DNA of 63,997 nt, counting the filler, from Collodictyon triciliatum (Eukaryota), in the NCBI GenBank assembly GCA_043381765.1. It is 5 parts of 5 records of this genome, joined end to end, with 100 filler letters (N's around TTAATTAATTAA, not from the genome) between each part and the next. Parts side by side here need not be neighbours in the genome. Positions count along the whole stretch, not along the records: positions 38,522 to 51,235 come from JBHJMP010002114.1; positions 51,336 to 63,997 come from JBHJMP010002129.1; 3 more parts are not named here. One strand, 5' to 3'. The translations under genes were made by a program, and so were the position numbers. Shown piece by piece: positions 41,502-57,788 of this stretch (position 1 is the first letter of the stretch; each line of letters starts with the position of its first letter). The notes below the pieces were generated by a model. It ran no database searches, was not told where the DNA came from, and was given only the letters and a program-made list of their open reading frames with translations.

Positions 41502-42595
41502 TTACAGGATTTCCCCTTAATATGCCCATTCGTATTGTAGTCATGGTGGTGAGTGACACGAATGACAACTTCAAGCGAATCATAAAAAATTAAAGTAAGA
41601 TCATTAACATACGAAAAGAGACCAAAGTGGCAACTGATTTTGGTCAACATTCATATGTTTTCTTTCTTTTCCATTTGTTTTTCACGCACTTATTTACAAC
41701 AAAAAGAATAAAATAGAAAAAAAAATGGCAGACCACATTGACCACAGAATCGAGTGCCGGGTGCGTTGCTTTTCTTGCATGAACGGCACAGTTTTGCAGT
41801 TGATGAAGATGCAGACGACGATGTTGATACAAATGCAGACGACGTGGCAGGTTTCGGAGCAAGCGTGCTGGCGGCAGGTTTTGGAGGAGCGGGTGATGCA
41901 GAGGGTTGGGTGTTGACAGGCTTTTTTGTCTCCACGGGAGCAGCTCCAGGTGCAGGGTTTCCTGGCTGGAAGGAGTCAAGCGCGCCACCACCACCGAATC
42001 CGTAACCTAGATAAATTGCAGATGAGAGGGGAGGCAAAGTAATTACTTGGGCCGGCATAAATCGCCACCTTTCAAGCGGAAGTTTTTGTCGAAGCAGGAT
42101 TGGCAGTATTGGCAGTCTATGGATTATGCAATTAAATAAGTAAGATTCCATCGGGCAAGGTGGGTAGTAAGGAAAGTAAATCAACAAATAAATTAAATGA
42201 ATGAATAAATGAGGTGTGGCACAAACAAACAAATAAATAAATAAATAAATAAAGGAAAACAAAATAAAAAAGTGCTTAAATTTGACCAACTTTCATGATC
42301 GACAAAACCCCCTGGAGAAAGAGCCTTACTACAGGCAGTACACTTGAAGCATGTCTACATGTTTATTTATTTATTTGAGTGCATCATTATTATTCATGAC
42401 AATAAAGAGAACGGCGTCTACTCAATTCATCAGCATGTATGGAGAATAAAAGGAAAGGGGGAAGCTTTTGTTCCTCCAGTCATAATTTACAACAAAGGAA
42501 GGGACTTCAATGGGAAGTACCTTGTGGAATATTTTGCCGAGGGCGGTCAGCTTCTCCGCCGCATAGACAGCCTTCTTGCAGCGCTCGCAGTTCAT
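41502..42595 (-). CDS. Single LIM-domain (CRIP-like) protein with Pro/Ser/Ala linker and C-terminal zinc ribbon
   Basis: MNCERCKKAVYAAEKLTALGKIFHK|TCFKCTAC...YCQSCFDKNFRLKG|YGFGGG, then CRSCKKSNAPGTRFCGQC|GEIL*. The last exon (41515-41502) is tentative. Confidence 0.85.
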
Positions 42596-43284
42596 TCGGA
42601 ATTACCTAGAAAACTCTGAGGTTGAAGGGCAGAAGCCTTGTCAATAATCCCACACGACAATTCATTGAGCTTCGCAGCAAGAGGCAGGAACGCGCCGCGC
42701 CTGCGTTGCCTCGCGTTGGGTGGCGCTGCGCAAAATGGACACACACGGATGCTTGTCAAGCGAGAAGGCTGTCAACAACGATCACGTTCTTGTTTGGAGC
42801 AGAACAATGTTTTCTGTGGTGTCTGAGGCCAATTCATGCACTGAAAAAAATACAATTACGGCAGACGCCATTCAGTGAATTCGTCTTGAAATGGAACGCT
42901 CCATCTAACAGGAGGCATTCTTCGCACACCATTCTGCCAACGCGCGCTGGTATGATTATTCACTCGCATGGGTAGATATAACCATCTCAACCACGCAACT
43001 TCCTCAAGCAATTGTATTTTTTTTTAAAAAAAAAATGTATATATGAAAAACTGGACGAGTATTAGTATTCCAGAATGATAGTTTATTCAGCTTTTAAACA
43101 AAAAGGGAAAATATCTTGGTCAGCAATTTCAGTCAACCTTTATCTTTTCTTCAAACTACAAACTAATTTGTTGATTTTACATTTTGGATGGGTAAGAGTA
43201 GTTTTTTTTTCCTGCTTATTTATTCATGTCATCATGTTTCGATTCAATCAAGAGGGGGCGAATAGCCAACAGCACGTGATGGTT

Positions 43285-44981
43285 TCACGGTTCCAAGATG
43301 ATTTTTCCAGTAGTTTTACGACCTTTGTGTATATATGATAAAGCTTGAATATCGATGACATTCTACTAAATTATCTTAAAGATTCTTTCATGATTGCCAT
43401 CTGTGGATTATCTTAACTTACCTTGCAACGCAATATGAGCAGCCGCCGCGTCTTTCAGAGGGAATTTCCCTCCGATTAGGGTTTTAAGTTGCCCATTTTT
43501 TATCCATTCAAAAATATCAGCACAGCGCTTTTCATATTCCTGTAATAAATTAAATAATTATATGACCCCTCAATCTCTTCAGAGCAGCATCAAAACACAC
43601 AAAAGATATCGTCAACATAAAAAAAGGAGCTATTTATCTGGTTTTCGATTAATTTTAAGTAACCATAACTAAAGGATTTTTTTATATAAATATATGGTTT
43701 TTTTTTTACATACACTCCGTGTTCTGATATAATGGATCAGATTTGGTCGTGTGATAAACAGAGAGCCATGTTGGTTCAGTATCTGATTCATATTTTTGCA
43801 AGAGATTCGAGAAAAGCAAAATGAATTCGACGATAAAAACTTCTTTTCAAGCGAAAAAAAAGTGTAAACTTGAGCTCACCTGAACATCTATCTTAGGCAC
43901 TGGCCCTGATGCTGCCCCATATACGACCATGTAACCACGAGGAACCAAGGCTTGAATGCCCTTCTCAAATGTGTTGGCTCCTACTCCGTCGTAAACAACT
44001 TCGACACCATTTCTTTGTATGTATCATCCAAAAGAAAGAAAAGGATATAAGCGAGAGCTAAAGTCAAAGTAGATATTTATATATATGGTATGGAAAAGCT
44101 AAAACTATGCTTCCTTCATTTCCCCCTCCCTCGCATTTTCTTTTAGGTGAAGCCACTTGATAAGAATATAAATTTTTTCTCTACCCGTTAGTATATTCTT
44201 TGACTTTTTCCAAAAAATCATGTTCTGTGTAGTTGATGATGTAATCTGCGCCTGCATCACTTAAATTGGGGTTTCAAGCAATTGATCAGAGATTTATCTC
44301 GTACTATTATATTTTGAAAACATTCAACTAATGATAATATCCAAGAAAAAATGGGTGGTGACTTAGTAATACACATACCGGGCTAATTTGGCTTTTTCCG
44401 CAGTAGATACTGTTGCAATAACATTTGCACCTCTCATCTTGGCTACCTGTGTAAGCAAATAACCTACGCCCCCTGCAGCGGCATGGACTAGAGCAGTAGA
44501 GCCAGGTTTTAGCCCTATCATAATTCATTGTAATTTCAATACTTGAAATGCTATTCTTGATAGAGCAACATATCTCCAATAATCCAGCACCTATATCTGC
44601 AAGGTAATGGGCAGTCAGCCCCTGAACCATCGATGCGGCTGCGACATCATATGAGACTTCATCAGGGATTTTCACAGTAACAGATTCACGAACGGCGACA
44701 TAATCGGAATAGGACCCGTTCACCATGCAATATGCGACTCTATCTCCGGGCTATAACATTTAGATATGGCAATCTTAGTGCCCATCAGAAGTATCCAGTA
44801 CGCAACTATATTTGAATCGATGCAGGTGACTAGATTGAAATACTGCGAGATAATGAGCTATATTCCATGCGTCATATTTAATATTTAACACGAAATGCAA
44901 GTGGATATCGTGATGAAATTTTCTGAAATAAAATGAAATTGGAAAAAAAGGCTAAAATGTTCCTTCTTTTCCTATTTTTTA

Positions 44982-45039
<58 letters not shown>

Positions 45040-45514
45040 TTAAACCTTGAAGAGAGTCACTTTCTGACCAACAGCCTCCACGACTCCAGCTCCATCTCGC
45101 CCGATCTGTATTGGCTTAGGTAGCGGATACAGTCCAGTGCGGTGGTAAACATCAATATAGTTCACACCGATCGCACGGTTCCTTATCAAAACCTGTGCAT
45201 ATCAAATGATTCATAAGAACATCATCGATATGAAAGTAATATCTAAGCGAGGAAGCCAGCAGAGCTCCCCCATGACACGGACAAGAAAAGGGCCTTGGAG
45301 CATAGGGCTATTGACCGAAAAGAGACAGGAAGAAACTTACATCCTCATCATTCACAGCAGGGATTTCCTTTTGCCCATAACGAAGCACACTAGGGTCGCC
45401 GCATTCATCCACGATGATGGCGTTTTGAAGGACTTTGGAGAGGCTTGACGTGCGTAAACCTCTCTGAAGAGGAGGTCTTGACATCATCGGGCGACTCAGG
45501 ATCTTGCGGAGCAT
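43285..45514 (-). CDS. NADPH:quinone oxidoreductase (zeta-crystallin/Qor-like MDR), probable mitochondrial presequence
   Basis: [66 protein letters not shown]; the N-terminus is Arg/Ser/Leu-rich with no acidic residues. Confidence 0.93.
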
Positions 45515-45815
45515 GTTGCCAGGGTTGTGGCTAACAGAAGCGGTGGTTTAGCAGAAGGAAAGTATGCGACAGACCCCCAGCTTGTATGCTTTTCAGGTTG
45601 CACACAACTTGTGATTCTGTGGTGCTTCGTCGGGCTTCGAGGCCATGACGTTTCTTAGGGTCAAGACGCCTCCAATCAGGATAAAAAGCTATTTTCCAGT
45701 TTTGATCACTGTTGACACAGGGCGCAGCGGATGTTTCGGCGCCGTCAGATGTCAACCCCGGTTGTGCGCAAGGAAAACACGGGAAAAGTCTGAGGCCAAA
45801 GCACACACAGGAAGA
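45515..45815. promoter_or_regulatory. Probable bidirectional promoter between the quinone oxidoreductase and RING genes
   Basis: ~300-bp relatively GC-rich gap between divergent ATGs; inferred from arrangement only. Confidence 0.5.
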
Positions 45816-50212
<4,397 letters not shown>

Positions 50213-50270
50213 AGTGTGAAGCTATTTTTTAGGTTTTTTCCCAAGCCAAAAAAAAAAAAAAAAAGGAAAA

Positions 50271-50302
<32 letters not shown>

Positions 50303-51235
50303 AAGAGAAAGAGAATAATAAAATATGTGCTAAGAGTTAGAACAGCTCGGTTCCTTCGAAAGATTCATCTAGTTTGCGATGTTTGAATCTAAATTTTATA
50401 AGCCTCTGTAAAAATTCGAGTAGGGAAAGAGAAAAGGAACTATTTGATGAGTCTAAAATTAGATAGAGTTTCTTAAAATTAGGTCAAAAATGGATTGAGA
50501 TGTAGCAGAACGACATAGTTTGGTTATGTTTTCGTATCCCTTTTCTCCTTGAAGCTTTCTCTCTAAGCGTATGGCCCTATATCATAATATCATCAGAAAG
50601 ACGTGTATACTGCTAAGTTGTAACTACGTGTTCTATCAAAAAAAAAATTCCTGTATCAGAACTCTCAGATAGAATCGACATGGTACAGAACGAAAACAAA
50701 ATAGAGCGAATATAATAATACGAAAAAAATTCAACAAAAATTTTGTATATAACCGGGCCCATAACTCCACGGAAGCCGTGTTCATCAGTAAACCCTCCGA
50801 AATGGTTAAAACGCAAGACAAATAATCATGAATTATTTCCTCTGTGCTCGATTTTCTAATAATAAATAAATACACACATGCACAATCATTTTAAACTTGA
50901 TTCTGAGGTAATTTACTTAATTATGAAAAGAATTGATTTCATAGAAATGATGAAAAAAAATTTGCTTTCTAGCCATTTTGAGCTATTGTATCACCTAATC
51001 CAAATTGTAGAATGGTATGGCAATATCTCCAAGATATCAGCGTATTTTGTAGACTTTATGAGCATATCATCAAGATGAATTGATAGTATTTGAACGGGAA
51101 ACTGGTCTCCCTTCAAGTAATATTTTTATATAGCCGCAAATCATTCAAGTAAAATGTGAATTAAAAAGAAAATATACCAAAATATTTTCTAAGTATTGAA
51201 ATCGATACTGTGAAAAAAAAAAAAAAAAGGGGGGG

Positions 51236-51335
51236 NNNNNNNNNNNNNNNNNNNNNNNNNNNNNNNNNNNNNNNNNNNNTTAATTAATTAANNNNNNNNN
51301 NNNNNNNNNNNNNNNNNNNNNNNNNNNNNNNNNNN
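51236..51335. other. Artificial contig linker
   Basis: N44-TTAATTAATTAA-N44. Confidence 0.98.
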
Positions 51336-52077
51336 TGTTTTTTTGTTTTTTTGTTTTTTTGTTTTTTTGTTTTTTTGTTTTTTTGTTTTTTTGTTTTTTG
51401 TTTTTTGTTTTTGTTTTGTTTTTTGTTTTGATGCGCGCGTTGAGTGGCTGAATGATTCGTTGGTGCAGATCAAAGCTTCTGGGCTGAAACTTTCATTGAA
51501 ATTGTACATTTTTGTATAATTATTTGATTAGAAGATCAAACACATATGGAGAAATTCCTCTTTTGGATCTCAATTATAATCAAACTATATTTATACATAT
51601 GGAAATTATAATATAAATGTATAAAATGAGAAAATAAACAAATATTCTCATAACTGCATCAAAATTTATGAAAGGCTATGTAAATGTAGCTTTACAGTAA
51701 TACCTCTGAGGATATCTCGGCCTGATGGGTGCGGGTTGACAAAAAGGCAACGCGTCGTATTACAAGCAGTTTGACATCACACTTGAACTCACCCTCTCCG
51801 CAGGTGTTTTCAAAACATAAATAGAACATTAAAGTAAAAAAGAAAAGAAAAAAAAGAAAAAAAAAGAAAAAAGAAAAAAGCACGAAAAAGACCCAAACCT
51901 ATATTCGAAGCAAACGCAAAGCATCAGAGAGAAAAACCACAAAATAACTCAACCTTCCTCGGTGTTTTGTCTATGTAATATCTATATCAGACCGAAGTGA
52001 TGATTGGCGAATTAGGGCAACGAAGGCCTCTTTGTAGACTTGTCTTTCTTTATACGTCGTTGAGCATGATGAACATA

Positions 52078-55000
52078 TTACTTCATCGAGTCGGAATCAA
52101 CAAGGAAAATCAGATCATCCTGAGAACAATGATACTTCCTCGCCAGGGATGCCAGATCCGATTTGCCTCGAAGTTCAGAGACATTTTCCCAATAATCCAC
52201 AGACACTCGCTCAGCGATGTTCTTTAGACCATGGTCACAAAGATACTCCACAACCTCTCCACGGTACATATCTTTTATCGGAGAGTACTTGAGAGGAAGC
52301 AAGCGTTCTGATGCGTCAAAACTTGAGCTGAGCTGCGCTGATAAAACTTCGCTCAGATATGTCGAGACTACGTCCAAGTTCGGTCTTAGTTTGTAGTTTT
52401 GTCTCCAACACACTTTCATTAGCCTCTCAAATACCAGCGGCGTATTTCTTGGTATTTCAGGTCGCAATCCATTCATCGACGGGGCTTGCCCCATATTCCC
52501 CAGAAACGGCTCCACACCTGAAAACATAAACCAAATGAGCAAAGCTAAGGCGTATACGTTACTCAACTCTCCTCTATGGCCTATATTCACACAGTCATCT
52601 CCATATTGGGTGACATCTTCATAATAGGGCGTGCTTACGACCTCTTGTATTTCAGGGGCTTGCCAGTTGGATGTTCCATCCTGTTTCCATTCACCAAACC
52701 TAGTGGGTAAATCGGAGCCAATTTTGTCCTCACTTCGATGACTTACAATTCCAAAATCAGCTATTTTGGCGATTCCCCTTACCACCATGATATTGTCAGC
52801 TTTTAAGTCTTCATGAAAGAGATTTTTAGCATGCATGAATAAAAGACCCTTGCATATATGTGATGCAAAGTTGGTGATACCAGAAAGACCGGGTCTGTGT
52901 TCGATCTCGTTGGACATTATTTTTTTCAATGATGCTCCAGCATTTTCCATCACCATATAAAATTCAGTATCCTTACGAAAGACCCCAAAAAGCTTGACGA
53001 TGTATTCGCAATTGCTACATTCGTGCATGTACTGGCTTTCATACACCAACGAACAAACAACGTCGCTAAAATCTTGGTTTCCAATCTTCCCCACTGTCTG
53101 AATTTTTACCACTGCTTCGTTTCCTCTGTAAAATGTCCTGTAGACTCGCCCGTAAGACCCTTTTGCAAGATAATCCACAAGTTCGATCTCGTCATCGACC
53201 CATATGTCACTCAATTTCAAATTTAGCATACTTAAATCATACTTAGCATCCTCCCTTTTCGTTTTGGATGGCTTCGTTCTCATCCGCGACTGAAATCGTT
53301 TGGATATACCTACATCAACGAAATTTGTTATTGGTATTATACGAGTTGCGTGATGACATCCAAGGCTTTTGCACTTTTTTTTTCTGAAAAAAGAAAAAGA
53401 AAAAGAAAAAGAAAAAGAAAAAGAAAAAGAAATTTTCTATTTCCGGTGGCTATTTTCCATTTAAATACTTTCAAGATAAACCTTCCTCCAAAAAGACTCT
53501 GCCTCTTTTTGTCAAATCCCTATCCAAAACATGACCTGAAGTACATATTCCCAACTCAGAATCACCCACAGCACACGATGTCCGGACGATTCCACCTGAC
53601 TGTCTGATTCTGCACTCGTAACATTCAAAGTGGCATGCTTGAACAAAATTTGGGCGGATGTCGCATATTTTTCTTATTAAAAGCAGCAACACCTCAAAAA
53701 GTTTGATGTATTCGATCTGTTGGTCCATCTCATACTTTCTTATCGTCAAGCTAATGTTATTCTCACCAATCACGATTAGAACTCTTAGATCCTCACCTGG
53801 TACCAGACATACGTTATCCGACTGCCCGATCTTGTTTAAAGTTACGTGAATGAGGGCGGCGTTTGTGAAAAATTGATTTTCATACTGCACACCAAGAGGC
53901 GAACCTTTTGTCAAGGCGAGGGCTTGGACAATAATATTGCTTTTGTCGGACAATTGAACCCCCGAGTCGCACTTTAATTCCATAGATATTTCTGAGACAC
54001 AATTAGCTTCGGGTTTAAGACTCCATATCGAATGAATGTCCAAACATCGTTCCATCAAAGAAGGAAAGGCCACACATTCCTTATTGAAGCTTATTCCAAG
54101 TCCAAAGTGTTCAAAAATGTGAATGATTATTGAAAACGTTCTTTCATCCATTTCGATGTTTAGTTCAGAATTAATTTTTTTCTTCAGCTTTTGCAAAAGT
54201 ATGATACCATTCGATTCTTTTCCCAACCCCCGGAAACTAAAGACGCACCGAAAAATGTTTATAAGAAACAATGGATCTAGAAACACGATACTTTTAATGC
54301 TTTCGAGTGATGAATACCAAATTATCGAACCAAGGTCATGCAGATATTTCAGAGCGCTCTCGACATGAGTACGGCCTAATCGTAAACTCTTTTCTCCAAA
54401 TTCAAAGATATCGTCAACACTTACATACTTTACTGATTTTCCTTTTGAATGCAAATAATCTTTCATATGTATGTAGGCAATAGGGACATCGACATTAACA
54501 TTTCCTAATTGCATCATAGCTTGATAGATAGTTTTCTTCATGTCGCTGATTCCTTTTCCAGTCTTGTTACTAACTCTCAGCTCTGTTTCAATAAAGGAAT
54601 GATGTCTATTTGTCCGTTTAATAATTTCGATTTCTTTTTTCATTTCTCCCGAGCTCGATGGATTCTTTCTGTCTCTGTGGGTGCCCAGAATTACAACTTT
54701 TGAGCCTGGAGCGAAATCATCCAACATTTTTACCCATCGGGCAAGATTATTTCTCTCCTTACCCTGGTCTAGTCGGTATACTATCAAAACAAGTGCTCCA
54801 GATGAAAGAAAGAATGGATGAGTGATTTGGAACTCTTCTTGACCTCCAAAATCCCATATTTTGAGAGATAGTTTGGTTTGAAACAGTTTCCCAACAGTTG
54901 ATTCATCAATATCCACACGGGCAATACCATCTGTTCTTTCTTGAAAATTACCCGAAGTGCTTTTGAAAAAGAAAGAGTTTTGAAGCAAAGATTTTGTTAG

Positions 55001-56506
55001 TGTCGTCTTTCCAGCCTCTCCTTCGCCAAGTAAAAGTATCCTACCCTGTGTCCATTTTGCCATTCCGTTCATGGATAGCATTAAAAAGTTAAAAACCGAT
55101 ATTGGTCCTTGGTTGATTACATCTTTTGGGATATTCTTGATTGGATTGCCATTGCATATTAGTCCCTTGTCAAGCAAACTCAGGCTCCCGATCAATGGCG
55201 GAATTTTTTCGACCTAATGCCCGAAAAAAATGTATTCTTTGGATGCATATATATGAAGGAGGGTGTTTTTTTGTTTTGTTTTGGATTATTTTAATTATTA
55301 TTATTGAACGAATATTGAGAGAAAATACCTTGTTATGGGAAATATCAAACACTTGCAAGCATGTCAGATTGGCTATGAGATCAGGGATGTGTGATATCTA
55401 CACAAATTGACGTTTCTGGAATAAAAAACGGACTCGGTCGTGTTTTTTTATTACAAATTTTACCTTGTTGTTAGATAGGTCGATTTTCTTGAGTGAGGTC
55501 ATTTCAAACAGCCAACTCGGCAGTGTAGATAGCTGTGGTAATTTCTTGCGTTAGTTAATATGTAACCACCCACAATATTTGTAATTCAATCATATCCAGT
55601 GTACAGATATGGAGAAGGACCTGAATTGAGTGAAGTCCAAGCCTAGTCAGGTTAGATAGACAAGTTAAAGGCCTTGACACGACAGAATTCTATATTGATT
55701 ATTATTTTATAAATATAGAAGCGAGTCAATATGCAGTAAATTAGTCAAGATACCATATTGTTTGAAAAATCCAAGGAATCTATCTGGGTGAGAACAGAAA
55801 GATACGATGGAAAGCAGTCCATCTGAGTTGTTTTCATATAAAATATTGTTAAGGGTGAGCGAGAATTAAAACATGAGTGTTTATAACGGAAAATTTTTAC
55901 AAGTAGTGGCCATCCCAACCTCATTGTGTGACAAATCAATTGCTTTCAGGTTTGTCAAATGCGTTATAGATGCTGGAAGATGTTTAATTTTTTTCCTTTT
56001 GAAGCTCAGAATTGTCCATGATTCTACTTGTTCTGCGTTTGGAAACCAATTGAACTTTACAACGTCATCTGCCTATTGCATCATAGTTTTTTTTATTGGT
56101 ATTCGCATACCGTTAAGTTAAAGTTATGGAAATGAGGATATTATGATATATAATTATTATTATTATTTTTTAGAAAAAAGGCAGGGGCTTCTTACTGGGT
56201 CATAAAGATGAAGTATTCGAAGAGACTCAGCTATTGAGATTTCTCCTTGCTTTTCTGCTTCATTGGACCAACATGGCAGCTCAGAAATTCCTACAGGGGC
56301 TCTTTTGACATTCATTTGTCCCGAATCACTTCGCAAGTACAGTCTCTTTAAGTTTGTTAACGCACACAACCAAGGGGCTAGTTCCTCCATCTATTTTAAT
56401 TATCAGAATAATAATTTTTGATTGATAATACGGCGCATGAATCACGGCATTTCCCACCAGCAATATTTGATATTGTGAATGAGGTGATTTTTAAATACGT
56501 TTGCGC

Positions 56507-56605
<99 letters not shown>

Positions 56606-57111
56606 CTACTCACTGGGTTGTCATCGATGCACAAAGACATCAGTTGGGCAAGGCGAGACATCCAAGTCGGCAAACAGGAGAATTGGTTGCTTGAAATATC
56701 GATAGAAATCAAACTCTTTAGAGACAAAAGACTCTCTGGCAGTGCTGATAGCTGATTGGCAGATATATCAATGTCTTGCAAATTTGTCATTGCAAGCAGC
56801 TCGATGGGAAAGCTTGAAAAGCGGTTTCTCTCGATCCCCAAAACCTCCAAATGTCTCAAGCACGATACCTCGGCCGGGAGGAACGAAAGCTCATTGTTGT
56901 AGAAATTCAGCACTACCAAGCGAGTGAGCTCAAATAGAATCTCTGGAAGGATGGCGAGCTTTTTGCTGCTGAGATCAAGGCCGGTGCGTTCTCTAAGCGA
57001 GTCGATGCTTTGTGCGTGGGCAGGAACAAACAGCGAGAGATCGCCGAGACCTGTGTCTGCTGCTGCCATTCTATTCGCTGATTGGATACGAGAAAGTGCT
57101 GAGTTTGACAT
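52078..57111 (-). CDS. ROCO protein kinase (LRR-ROC-COR-kinase), ~1360 aa, 9 exons: 57111-56614, 56390-56196, 56072-55920, 55822-55754, 55689-55621, 55532-55464, 55397-55329, 55213-53482, 53309-52078
   Basis: 23-aa LRRs; ROC motifs LLGEGEAGKTTL, RTDGI, IWDFGGQEEFQITHPFFL, GTHRD; COR motifs ALKYLHDLGSIIWY, VFLDPLFL, FPSLM; kinase motifs GSYGRVY, AVVK, HEDLKADN, DFG, WQAPE, CWRQNYKLRP. Confidence 0.92.
56507..56605. repeat. (AAT)n microsatellite in ROCO intron 1
   Basis: Direct tandem repeat. Confidence 0.96.
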
Positions 57112-57459
57112 CGAGTCTTATTCTTTGCTTGTGCTCTGAGGAAAGAGCAGATGCACCGCGTTTGGGGAGTGTATGGGGCTGCATCTGCGCTGCTTGATCG
57201 TCTTCTGTGATCTCCTTCTGAGACCGTTTTCCTGTGATCGTTTATGCAAAGATTTAAGTGCACAAAAGGATTGGTTTTGGACAAAGGCAACTCTTCGTCG
57301 TTCCGCCCTTTGTCCAATTTTGGCGAAGAGTCACCACATTCTTTCTTTTTCTTTTTTTGGAAGATGTTTTTTGTGTACTCCAGTTCTTCGAGTCCACATG
57401 ATTTGATTGACATTGATATGTCAACGCGAGGCGAAGAATGCGATCGGCCGGATCGAAGC

Positions 57460-57765
57460 CTTTCCCTTTTCCCTTTTCCCTTTTCCCTTTTCCCTTTTCC
57501 CTTTTCCCTTTTCCCTTTTCCTTTTTCCTTATTCCTTTTTCCTTTTCTGTTCTTCTTTTTCCTTTTTCCTTTTTCCTTTTTCCTTTTTCCTTTTTCCTTT
57601 TTCCTTTTTCCTTTTTCCTTTTTCCCTTTTCCTTTTTCCCTTTTCCCTTTTCCTTTTTCCCTTTTCCCTTTTCCTTTTTCCCTTTTCCTTTTTCCCTTTC
57701 CCTTTTTCCCTTTTCCCTTTTCCCTTTTCCCTTTTCCCTTTTCCCTTTTCCTTTTTCCTTTTTCT
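57460..57765. repeat. Long polypyrimidine (CCCTTTT/CCTTTTT)n tract between the divergent ROCO and membrane protein genes
   Basis: Degenerate heptamer repeat. Confidence 0.95.
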
Positions 57766-57788
57766 GTTCTTCTTATGGTTGAATGTAG

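Noticed and set aside
53311-53502. Fourth GC donor (AGAG|GCAGAG) between the COR and kinase exons
   Set aside because: An in-phase GT donor (GAAG|GTTTAT, 53481) exists nearby and is the simpler explanation.
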